DNA of 64,000 nucleotides from Macrostomum lignano (Eukaryota): NCBI GenBank assembly GCA_002269645.1, contig NIVC01001054.1, positions 208,744 to 272,743 of the forward strand, read 5' to 3'. Shown piece by piece: positions 52,970 to 64,000 of this stretch (position 1 is its first letter; each line of letters starts with the position of its first letter). The notes under the pieces were generated by a model. It saw only the letters and a program-made list of their open reading frames with translations, ran no database searches and was not told where the DNA came from. The position numbers and the translations under genes were made by a program.

Positions 52970-53990
52970 CATCCTGACCCTCACTGATCTGGTGGCATCC
53001 TGACCCTCACTGATCTGGCATCCTGACCCTCACTGATCTGGCATCCTGACCCTCACTGATCTGGCATCCTGACCCTCACTGATCTGGCATCCTGACCCTC
53101 ACTGATCTGGCATCCTGACCCTCACTGATCTGGCATCCTGACCCTCACTGATCTGGCATCCTGACCCTCACTGATCTGGCATCCTGACCCTCACTGATCT
53201 GGCATCCTGACCCTCACTGATCTGGCATCCTGACCCTCACTGATCTGGCATCCTGACCCTCACTGATCTGGCATCCTGACCCTCACTGATCTGGCATCCT
53301 GACCCTCACTGATCTGGCATCCTGACCCTCACTGATCTGGCATCCTGACCTTAAATAAGCTGACACCCTGACCTTAAATGATCTGACATCCTGACCTTAA
53401 ATAATCTGACATCCTGACCTTTAATGATCTGACATCCTGACCTTACATGTAGATAATTTGACATCCTGACCCTTGACATCCTGTCCGTAAATAATCTGAC
53501 ATCCTGTCCTTAAATGATCTGACATCCTGTCCTTAAATGATCTGACATCCTGTCCTTAAATGATCTGACGTCCTGTCCGTAAATGATCTGACATCCTGTC
53601 CTTAAATGATCTGACATCCTGTCCTTAAATGATCTGACATCCTGTCCTTAAATGATCTGACATCCTGTCCTTAAATGATCTGACGTCCTGTCCGTAAATG
53701 ATCTGACATCCTGTCCTTAAATGATCTGACATCCTGTCCTTAAATGATCTGACATCCTGTCCTTAAATGATCTGACATCATGTCCTTAAATGATCTGACA
53801 TCATGTCCTTAAATGATCGGACATCCTGTCCTTAAATGATCTGACATCCTGTCCTTAAATGATCTGACATCATGTCCTTAAATGATCTGACATCATGTCC
53901 TTAAATGATCTGATATCCTGAACTTACATGTAGATGATTTGACATCCTGACCCTAGATGAGCTGACACACTGGTTCTCACTGATCTGACA
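52970..53990. repeat. 23-bp minisatellite, two variants
   Basis: CATCCTGACCCTCACTGATCTGG (to ~53345), then CATCCTGTCCTTAAATGATCTGA. Confidence 0.96.
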
Positions 53991-54769
53991 CATGCACTCA
54001 GCAACATGTTAAAGTTTCCATACCGAAGCCAGCGGTCAACTTCTGTCAGATCTCAGCCCCCAAGTGACGCAACTCAAACCACACCCACAATTCTCGTCTC
54101 ACTGTGCAGGAGAGTTATGACCAAGAGTTTGATTAGGGTTCTCACTTGTGGACCACTGGTTTTTGGGGTTGGAAACTTGAACATGCTGCTGAGAGTATTC
54201 ACATCAATGGATCCTGTATTATGACTTCACTGCTAAACTATAAAATGGGGCACAACACTTCTATACAATATAATTGATACTTTACCACACATTGAGCTGC
54301 AGGGGGCTCCGTTACGAGAGTCCCCAGTCTTTTGGATAAAGAAATCAATAGTCTTTTGGCCATAGACACTCCTAGGCCTTTCAGTGTCGATTTGCTAGTG
54401 CAATTCCGAATTTTTTAGTCTAAATCAATCCTACATACGAAAAGTATAAGCTTGAGAGTCGATGCAAAAGTTGGTCTATGGTCGAAACTCCGAGCGCAGC
54501 GAATGCGCCGGACTGTCCCACCAAGACCCAGCTGGTTTAATCTCGTGCGCGGCCGCGAACCACGATACTGAATGCAGTTTCAGCAAGAAAGCCATAGACT
54601 ATAGAACTGCCATCGAACTGCATGCCTCTTGGCTTCATCGGCCATAGACAACTTGCTCATCCTTTATATATATGGTAGATAAACTTAATCACTCTCATGG
54701 CTCTCGCTAAATCTACAGTTCATCAACTCCGCAAACCTCGCATTCGCAGTCAACTAAGCCGCAACGAGC

Positions 54770-55096
54770 ATGTCCAAGTTCCGACCAATTGTTGCTGTTG
54801 CATCTCTGCTTTTGTTGCTGCTCCTAGTAGTAGCACCGGACACCGCACTCGGCAAGATGCACCCGGAGCCCTGTTTTGAACCGGCTGACTTCTGTAGAGA
54901 GACCGGCCACGGCGGCTTCACGTTCTCACCCGATGGCTGCAACACCTGCCGGTGCACTCAGGACGGCCAGCTGGAGAGCTGCACGATGGTGATGTGCCCG
55001 CAGGACATGAGCGACAAGGCCTGGACTGATCATTGCGCCGAGCTACGTCGCAAGGCTGAGGCGCCGATCCCAGTGCAGGAAGACGAAGCTCTGTAG
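54770..55096 (+). CDS. secreted pacifastin-like (I19) protease inhibitor, 108 aa, intronless
   Basis: Signal peptide (IVAVASLLLLLLLVVAPDTALG). C-x14-CNTCRC-x3-G-x4-CT-x3-C fits the pacifastin consensus C-x9-12-CNxCxC-x2-3-G-x3-6-CTxxxC except for a longer first spacer; two extra Cys. Confidence 0.75.
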   Translation: MSKFRPIVAVASLLLLLLLVVAPDTALGKMHPEPCFEPADFCRETGHGGFTFSPDGCNTCRCTQDGQLESCTMVMCPQDMSDKAWTDHCAELRRKAEAPIPVQEDEAL

Positions 55097-56384
55097 GACT
55101 GGAAATTACACCTGCTCACGCGTGGGCTTCATGTTTATTCAGATAGTTCAGCATTGCAGCTGCTGCAATTGTTGAACCGAAATACAATGCATCAGTGTTT
55201 TATGATGTGTGGTCAAATTTATTTGTAGTTAATATCACAGAAAACATCGTAACGATTGTAGTTAATTTATTTTCTAAGCCAATCGAACCTCCGCTCGCAC
55301 CGATTAGCTACTGAAGATTCCTTGTTGTCTATGGTAAATGCGTTGCAAGCTGCAGCACTGATTCATAGAAAACCCTCTCCCTGTTCAAGCTTTTAGAAGT
55401 TGAGTTTATCATATTTTCTCAACCATTCGGTAAGCCTGCAAAATGGTTACAATAGGATTAAAAGAAGCTATTTAGGTAAATGATTATGCAAATCAAATTA
55501 AAAAAACTTTTGACGACTTCGATTGGCGTGTCAATATTTGCACATCCCAAACAAACATGCACTGCAATGGCTGGCTTCGTGGAGCAAAATTATGCTCCAA
55601 ATTTTAACAGACGAAGAATTTATGGTTTTTATTCATCCAGTAATTCAATCCTCAATGGGATAATGAAGCTACGGATCAGACCTGCTTTTATATTTGTCTA
55701 GGTACGTCGAACAGTTACACCCTGCTTGTTGTATTCGCTGAAACAGCGCCTGAAAACTGATGGGGCATACCACAAACATAACTGGCATTGACACTTTGAT
55801 TCCAGTGAAACAGACAAAAGCAAAAGCAAAATTTACATTAGTACAATATCTAAGTAGAAAGCAATCTTGCGTCTTTCAGTCGTGCTGGACGTACAGTTTG
55901 AAATCTGCTACTTTCCCATGGTTGGCTCCACACAAACCTTTTGGGCCATAGACAGAGTGAAAAGCAAGTCTAATATAGCATTTTGCAAGCTAGTAGAGAC
56001 TACGAGCAAGCAATTTATAATCCAAGATAGCAAAAACACATGCATTTTGAGCGTCACTGCTAGTTGTCTATGGTAAAAAGTGTGTCAAACCGGCAGGCAA
56101 TTTAATCGCAGAGCGTCGTTGCATCTTGAGCCACAAGGGGCCCCCCGCATCCGGATTCAGCGAGGGAGGCGTAGCCGCCCATTTCGCTAACCCCTGGCGA
56201 CCACGGGCAGCTGGTGCTGCGGTGTCACGCAGGGAGATCCGCGGTGGTGCCGGTCTCCGCAGCGCAGTCCCCCTCCGGAGAGTCCAGGAGGTGGATTTTC
56301 GCTCGCCCGGCCGGTAGCCCTTAGGTAGCGGACAAGCTGGCAGAGATTCTCGGGCCTAAAAACGTTGGAGAGGTCCGGGTTTGA

Positions 56385-56730
56385 GCCGGGTAGGTGAGCC
56401 TGTCCTGAGTAAAGGCGGGGCATTCACAGATAAATTGCTCCGCTTTCTCGACATCGGAGAGACAGAATGGAGATTTCTTCTCTACAGATTTTTCCTTGGA
56501 GGTGCAGTGGCTATGCCTGGCAAAACAGCTATATGACCCGAGAGGGCCATGGTCACCGCCCTGATGTCCCTGCGGTTGAGTCCAAGCAGGGCCTTGCGCA
56601 AGGACAGGCGACAGCGGCGTGGGATTGCCGGCAGTGGGATTGCCCTGTGCTTTGAAGTCATGCACCCACTGGTGGATCCGAGTGGTGACAACGGCGAGAG
56701 CGTCATCTTAGATTTCTGACAGCAGCGACA
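56385..56730 (-). mobile_element. 3' fragment of a non-LTR retrotransposon ORF2 (I/Loa/R1-group type), frameshifted
   Basis: Minus-strand pieces CQKSKMTL, KALLGLNRRDIRAVTMALSGH and PFCLSDVEKAEQFICECPAFTQDRLTY match the LL.L.R..l....lTGH...C..C....ET.EH..C.CPA....R pattern. Confidence 0.7.
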
Positions 56731-57911
56731 TCTACACACGGACTCTAGCTGGCTGCTGCCGCTGATGAACACCTTCAATTTGTCTGGGCGCCAGGATTAG
56801 GCGCGAAAGCAGGAATTTCTCCTGACACCGAGCTAGGATTGAAGATGCCGCTCTGGATGACGGACTGGGCGGGGATTGCGTTGAATAAATTATCCTGCGG
56901 AATCTCTTGAACACTTCACGACAATTCACGAAGTAAAGAGAAAAGCTGCAATACTAGCTCTGCCCAATGATTCTAACTTGATCGCAGCTGCTGACTCGAT
57001 CCATTGTAGAGCATTTGAGAGTAAATACTGTACAGTACGAGCTATGTCACCTGAACGCAGCTTTTTTGGTCCTGACGCGCTTGGAAAGGTTAAAATTAAA
57101 ATGGACTTACATGTACATGAAGCCTATACTGATTTATGAACTTTCTTATCAATTGAAATTAACATGTAGCTAAACTGAAAAGGCAAGAACTCTGATGGAA
57201 TTCCATTAAAATCTATTTAGTTTAACTGCATATAATATCTGTATGGTTACTCCTATAACTCAATTGCCTTGGGCAACTGTCACAGGGACTGGCCAAGGAC
57301 TTTTTTACCTTATAGCATCTGGACTACTAGCAGAAATCGGAATGGACCCTTAATTGTATTTTTTTTCAAAAAAATGGTTAAATAAAACGGAGGAAGACGT
57401 ACATACAGGTAATAAAACTCTAAGCTCTATAGTTTAGCGGCACAATACAGCGTCAGAATTCCGCACGTCAGCGCAACGTCAGCATACCGCAGAGTCAATC
57501 ATTTTCACGAGTAAACAAAGAAAATTCTTCTTTAAAATTTGATGAATCGACTAGATTATTTTACTCGTAACGTTCTAATCAATGCATTTAAACAGTCTAT
57601 GATTTTTTAATTAAAAAAATTAAGTTTTGGTCAAAACGAGTAAGTTCAACCGTATTTTCAAGAATTCAGAATTTTATTACAGGCAATAGCTGCATGTGTT
57701 GCAATTTTACCGGGCAGCTACAACATCCGGCACGACCAACTGTGCATGATTAATTACCGCTCCAGTTTGAAGACGCTGGCATTAAACTTTAATTGCAAAA
57801 ATCACCGAAATACTTCCTAGCTGTCGAATTCAATATAAAAGCAAGCGTGTATCGTGATTATAGGCTAAGTAATTTCAAAATCAGTTAAAGCACTGAAATA
57901 CCGATTGAGCA

Positions 57912-58283
57912 ATGAACTTCAGTTTGAAATTTCGGACTCGAATCGTCGTGCTGCTACTTGTGGCAGCCACAGGCGTCAGTGGCAGCTACAATTGCTTCTC
58001 ACATTACGGCATAGAGGTCGTTCCGGGCTACGAAGAAGCGCTGATCCGTGGCTTTATGAACGATTTAGGAATGAGCCCAGATGAGCCTCTCCTTGCGATG
58101 GACTACAAGGAACTCGTAACCCAAATGGATATGATGTACTGCTTGGGCGATATGGTCGACCACGACTGGGGCGACCCCTGTGACAAGCGCGAGGTGATGC
58201 AGTGTTCGCTCTGCCCAATATTTTCACAGGTGTATGCAGCATGCAACAATGCAGACGTTTCGAGATGCTATTATATTTGGTAA
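57912..58283 (+). CDS. orphan secreted Cys-rich protein, 123 aa, intronless
   Basis: ATG-TAA ORF with GC-rich codon usage in AT-rich flanks; signal-like RIVVLLLVAATGVSG; 7 Cys; dibasic KR before the C-terminal 4-Cys segment. No family recognised. Confidence 0.7.
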   Translation: MNFSLKFRTRIVVLLLVAATGVSGSYNCFSHYGIEVVPGYEEALIRGFMNDLGMSPDEPLLAMDYKELVTQMDMMYCLGDMVDHDWGDPCDKREVMQCSLCPIFSQVYAACNNADVSRCYYIW

Positions 58284-60040
58284 TCACTGCTTATATATTG
58301 TCTGATGTACGTAACCACTGAAACCCAATCGCTATGCATAATTCACTCAGAATCTGCATGGGATTTTGATTAAAATACACGTCTACTGAAAGAACTGTTT
58401 CAGTCAAATTTCAAGCATCTATTATTGCATAAAATGGTGTTATCAATGTTTCTTTAACCTCGTGACATTCAAACAGAGTAAAAATTGACTTTGCCTGTTC
58501 ATCAGTTGCACCGACACAGTCTTTAAGGTTTGAGGTGATGACTGTCAGGACTGTACAAAGAAGTGACATTTTGGAGCTTAAGAAACGTCGACACGCACTG
58601 ACCAATTTTCGGAACAAGAAATCACAACTACTCTATACAGTAGAATTTTATGAGAAAAAAACTGTTGCGGGAATATAGTAATGGATAATAAAGTCAGAAT
58701 AATATAGTTGCGTAAGAGTGAGTTGATATATATATAATGGTTCTCTTCCAGCCAGAACATACACATGCAATGTAATAATCCTACAGAGTAGAGTTTTTTG
58801 TTGTCTTACACAAAAGGTCATACAGTGTCGTTGTGATATTACTCGTATTTTGCTAACGGTTAGTATCGCGGTAAGCCATAGTACTTGTAATGTTAAATCG
58901 CGGGACGCACTCGGTTGATTTTCGGTTGCATCCAGAAAGCCTAGGCAGATCTCTTCAGGTGTGATGTCAGTCGAGGAAGTCGCTTAATTGTCCTGCGAGG
59001 TAGAAGATATATGACAGACGGAGTTGGCGGTCGTACGGAATCGGCCAGCAGGTGTTGTACTTGTGTGGCTGCCTCATGGAGTGAATCGTTGTGGATGATG
59101 AAGTACCATGATGGCATTGTTTGGGCAGATATGACGCTGTTGTGATGTAACGTCAGCAGCAGTTTGGTGCTGCTGCATACGTTTCTCAACTGTTCTGCCA
59201 ATTGAGCGGTTAAAGAGTTTAATCGGGTGGTGATCAGTCACTCGAAAACTCCCACTTCCAGACCTTAAGCCTGGGAACAAAATTCAGTGATCGCGGTGGT
59301 GTCAGGCAAGCTCCAGCAAGCATCAGCGGCGCCAGTGACAACGCTCAGGACATCTCCAGTACGACCGAGAGTCGCGGTACAAGGACTTCTGCTGGCGAGG
59401 CATGTGCAGCCCGACGAAGGAGGTTCAGCAGCCACGGTGGCAGACAGCGATGACCAGGGCCTAGCGACATCACCGGTTTTCGGCGTCAGCAAGCGACTTC
59501 GGGTGCCAGAGTGCCAATCGTCGAGTCGGCTCGCGAATCGTCGGGTGTCCGTCGTGTTGGAGTCGAGTAGGAGTCCGGCGCAGCCCATTCGGCCTGATTT
59601 ACTTCATTTTAGTGTATTTTTCATCATGCTTTTTGGTTCATGTTTTTTTTCAATTGACAATTTGACATTATTAAACTGTTGCTTTACTTTCATGTCGCAA
59701 GAAAGTTTTCAACGTTAAAGTAACATCGGTAGACAGTGGTGCAATTTTTTCGTTTCGTTGCGGTTGTCACCCCGAAGTTCTTGCTTTTTTTATTTTTCGC
59801 GTTTATTTCTCTAACATTTATCGTCCAAAATGCGTTTCCTCAACACTCGTACATTTTTCATATGCGTCAAACTCGTGTTTTCATTATTCGAATGTTGCTA
59901 ACGCAAAGACTGCTCGTCATAAATCTCGTTGTCGTGCTATAAATTATTCGCGTTTATCCTCATTGCGCCGTCGTATCTGTCCAACTCATCGAATCCTGTC
60001 TTTGTCTCCATTCAGTCTTTGTTCTTGTGACTCGCCTTTT

Positions 60041-60502
60041 TAAGGAGGGGAGGATGTTGTGCAATCGTGCCCTTTCTCGCCCTCCTGCCCCGCCCCAACC
60101 CTCCAGTCTGCCCCACCCCTCCAATCAATAATCAATGCGTACGCCGATCACGCCACCCCGCCCCACCTCCCCTGCTGTACCGTACATTTGTTCTTAAGTT
60201 ATATTCATGTACGCGTAGGACCAATGAAAAATATATATTCGCTGTCTGGAGGGCAGACTCCTCCCTTGCGCGCGTTGGTCCGCCTCCGTTGGCTATTGAA
60301 TAAAACGACTCGTCGATCTACCATAAAAAGTGCACGGCGAACTGCATCGGCTACGGTGTGTAAGTTCGTGTTCGCGAGTTACTGCCCTTTTTCTGCTTCT
60401 CCCTAGGGCGCGGGACGGGAGCTCTGACTGGGGACCTGGGGGTCGCAGCTTCCTGACAGGTTAAAGCTGTAGGCGTTGCTCCGGAGGACGGGGCTCACAA
60501 CA
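60041..60502 (+). mobile_element. Gypsy-type 3' LTR with polypurine tract
   Basis: PPT AAGGAGGGGAGGA (60042-60054) abuts TGTTGTG (60055); perfect inverted CACAACA at 60496-60502; AATAAA at ~60298. Upstream 59040-59600 may be decayed integrase C-terminus (weak). Confidence 0.7.
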
Positions 60503-60781
60503 CTCTCAATAAACAAATAACGAAGACTCGAACAAAGGCTTACCGAACGGTATTTCCCTCAGAGATGTAGCCTTGCTTAGCTGCTCCAGCAAGCTCAAGA
60601 TCTTTGGAGGCTGCTCCGAGTCTGATATTTCATCTCGGATTTTTCGATTGTATTTATACACAATCTTTTCGGCCTTGAGTCGACCTTCAGCTCAATCAAT
60701 ACCTATTTTCTGCTGAGTTCCTTTTTCTGCTGAAAAAGTAATTTTCACGTTCAGCGCTTGGTTGGCAAAATCCAGCCCACG

Positions 60782-60892
<111 letters not shown>

Positions 60893-61196
60893 ATTTCCTC
60901 TCTTTCTTTTTCAGCTCCTCTCTCCTCTTTTCTCCTCTCCTCTCCTTCTCTTCTCCCCATTATCCTACCGCTTCTTTTCTCTCCTCTCTTTTCTCCTATC
61001 TCTCTCATCGTCTCTGGCCTGCAGTCATGCACTGGGTTCTCTATCTCGCATTGAAGAAAAAATGTTTTCCGACCCCTGATGTACATGTAAACAGTAACTC
61101 ACTCCTGTTAGTTCACGAGTTGTCCGACGAGTACTTTAACCAATGTCGAATCACGTCGGGCTCACCAGTTGATGAGAAAGTAGAGAGAGAGGAGTG

Positions 61197-62240
61197 TGTA
61201 GTGAGTCGCTAGTTTAGTTAGGCGCCGCACTAGTCAGCTGCTTCCCTCGCCCTCGCCCCAGGCTTCTGTCTGCCGCTGGGCAGTTGCCTGTCCCTTCCCG
61301 CCTGTCCTCTGGCCTGTCCTTTGCCCGTTTGCCTGTCTGTCTGCTTGTCCCCGTTTGCCTCGTGTTCTCGTTTTGCAGTGCCCAGACAGCTTGGTCTGGC
61401 CTGCCTCTGTTTCGTTCTCTGTTTGGCATCTCCAAATTTGGAGTGCCATTCCGTTTTCCGGTCCCAAGGTCACGAGTGCCTTCACTTTTGGGCCTTTTCC
61501 CCTTGTCATGTGACTTCCTTCTTTAGTCCAAAGTGCAATGATTTCATCATTGTACGCTGGGCTCGTGTTTATGGGGAGATCACGTGCGCCCGGACCCCCT
61601 TGCCTCCTCTGAGGCAGGGCCCGATTGTTTGTTGCTAAAAATAGCAACAGAGTCACCCATGACTCTCAGCGGGGGTCTTTCGTGCTATGGTGCAATCGAT
61701 CCTCCCTATAAATGCAGCCCCTCTCATGGCTTGGCTCAGACAAGCCCTTGCTCCGGACTCTTTCGCCTTTCCGCGTTTCCAGCATTCAGCCTACCTGCCA
61801 ACCCGCTTTCTCTGCTGTTTCCGAGAGTGATACAGAGTTTGCGTCTGAGTTTGAACTCCCAAGACTCCCGACTTTGCGCGTGTCTGCCTCTGATTGCTCC
61901 TGCTATCAATTAGCAGGCCAGCTCGGATCGCCCGAAGCTAGCACTTTCGCTCTCACCCCGCACTAGCCCGACAGGGACTGCTGACGGTGGGCACCTCTGC
62001 GCGAGAAGTGCTAAATCTGCACGAAGTGCGAGTCTCTTTCTCTCGTCTTAGTTATTTGCTTCTACGAGCTCAGCACCTCACCGAAGGCTGCGACTCTGCG
62101 AAGCTGGTGGCAGCACTACCTACGCTACGAGAACTAGTTTCTAAGAAAGCGGCACCTAGAGGTCACCGCCCTGCGCCAGGAGACCTACCAGGCCATCTCC
62201 AGTCGACATCGCAGAAGCCTGTACTTCACTGGTGGCAGCG
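61197..62240 (+). mobile_element. possible second LTR (~1030 bp) followed by a tRNA-Leu-type primer binding site
   Basis: Purine tract GAGAAAGTAGAGAGAGAGGAG before TGTAGT (61197); end ACTTCA (62228); TGGTGGCAGCG at 62230-62240 is complementary to the tRNA-Leu 3' end as I recall it; internal TATAAA near 61710. Confidence 0.4.
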
Positions 62241-63364
62241 CTCCTATTGAAGGCCTCTAGACAGCAACAGGCAAGACACATATATACACTTCAAGTGTTT
62301 AGTGTCTAAACGCCCACTACATCCAGACCGCAATTCTGGGAACAAAATAAAAATTTTAGCTAATGCCACTTGTGAGTATTTATAACTTCGGACTTATGAA
62401 ATAAAAAACAATAAGAAAATGAAACCTTGACATATCAACTACGTATCAATAAAATACAGCAGAGTAACATGCTAAATTAAATAATTGGTAATCTTCACAA
62501 ACCCATATCAAATGTAATAATTGATTTTGTGATGATGTACCATCAGTGTTCACTCTGCAACAGCTTTCAATCCTTAACTCTGTATGCGACAATCCGAAGA
62601 TTGGGCGATGCTATTTAAACCATGCAGTAATTATTTTCCTGTCGTAAAATATTGCTGACAAGGTGAAATATGGTCTACAGACATAAATTCGCTAAGAGGA
62701 GTGTATTGATTTCAATACATGGAGCCTTATTAATTTTGGCACCGGAAGGGAAGCCTAAATAAGAGCCAGGAAGCACGCTTGATGCGCAAGAAGGCGCAAT
62801 TCGTCCAAGGCATGAGTCAGATCAGGGGTCAGCAATTTCCGGCCCGCAAAGCCTCTCTATCCGGCCCCCTCAGGTGCTTTTTAAACTTTACAATAGCAAT
62901 CCGGCCTGCTCGTCTCTTTTCAGCTCTGCTTTTCTTTCTCCTCTCTTCTCTCCTCTTTTGTTTCCTCTCGGACGGATGCGGCACGACAATCAGCTTCTCG
63001 TGCTCATTGAACTGGTCTTAAACGTGCTCTACACGTTTCTATGTAGAAAATATATTAATAAATAAGTTTTATGAAATTAGGCAAACAGAGAGGCCTGAAT
63101 ATGAAAATAGCGTGCACTCAGCAAGGAACCTTGACATAGTGTATCAAGCGCGCGTTTGAGCAAAGCACTCGAAAAAGAGGAATGTTGCCAGTTTCAGGTA
63201 AATAACCCGAAATTGAGCCCTGGATCCCAAATACTGTACAATCCAACTCTGTATTTGTGAGCAAAGCCAGAGCTCTATAAGTGTATAAAAGTTTGACAGC
63301 AAAAGGCAACAAAAATTGTTCCAACGAAAAACTTCGCAAGTCCCTATACGTGAGGTATTTAAAT

Positions 63365-64000
63365 ATGGCGCACGACCTCGCAGCTCACAGCCGATCGCTG
63401 TCCTCAGCCATGGCGACTGCCGGGTTTCGCTCAACAAACGCAGCGGTGCAGAGCGGCCTCGCAATGGCAGCTGAGGAGCTGGGCCGACTGCTGGCTAAAA
63501 GCTGCCACATCTTTGGCAGCTACGCTGACGGCTGGGGCTCCAACCTGTGCTGCATCAATGGAGACGTCGCTCCAGACTCCGACATCGACGTGACGTACAT
63601 CATGACAGACGCGAGCCAGCAAATCCACATTCACCCGCAAGTCGCTGACGGACAGCGGGCCGAATTTCGACACAACGACTGCCAGCTGACTGAGCCTGCG
63701 GAGTACGAGGACGGGCACGTCAAGGCGCGCGTTCGCAGTAAGGAAATTCTCGCTATAATATCATACTAATGCAATAGATATGAAATTTAGATATGTACAG
63801 AAACGAAATTTATCATCTACATGTGTCCTGAAAATGCAGTTTTAGCGCCGAATATCGCATTGGAAGTGTCGCGGATGTTGCCTGCAATCGACCTGATTTT
63901 GGCGCATTCCTGCTGCGGCTACCCTCACATCGAGCTGCTGCGGCCCGGATACAGGACTTGCATTTCCGATGACATCATGAGGGCGCTCAGAGAAGAGGTG
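63365..64000 (+). CDS. Mab-21/cGAS-like nucleotidyltransferase (cGLR-like), 5' partial
   Basis: Exon 63365-63737 (a|gtaagg) and exon from 63840 (atgcag|tt), phase 1, open to the window end. Pol-beta NTase signature FGSYADGWG-x12-SDIDV; later PAIDLILAHSCCGYP. Confidence 0.75.

Noticed and set aside
59040-59600. Gypsy integrase C-terminal remnant as a separate feature
   Set aside because: Only vague similarity across frameshifts; mentioned under the LTR feature only.

Overview
Eukaryotic (animal) genomic DNA: GC-rich spliced exons separated by introns and intergenic spacers packed with 16-43 bp minisatellites and (GACA)n/(GTCA)n microsatellites. This architecture and the gene families present suggest a free-living flatworm such as Macrostomum (inference). 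Genes modelled by hand from splice sites and reading frame: the last two exons of an SGK kinase; a 7-exon gene that fuses a two-EF-hand module to ribosomal protein eL6/RPL6; a phospholipid scramblase plus a decayed tandem paralog; a secreted PAN/apple + LamG-like protein (minus strand); BORCS6; an intron-containing bacterial-type S49 (SppA-like) peptidase; an intronless pacifastin-like inhibitor; an orphan secreted Cys-rich protein; and the 5' part of a Mab-21/cGAS-like nucleotidyltransferase. The most structured unexplained object is a 4288-bp DNA transposon-like element (12484-16771) inside the last SGK intron. It has CCCGATGG termini, an ATT target duplication, ~1 kb arms built from a 12-bp motif in opposite orientations, one intact ORF encoding a coiled-coil + BEN-like protein, and no transposase of its own. 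LINE, SINE, mariner and LTR relics are also present. Most long ORFs in the supplied track are artefacts of stop-free tandem repeats. All family assignments are motif recognition by eye; no database search was run.
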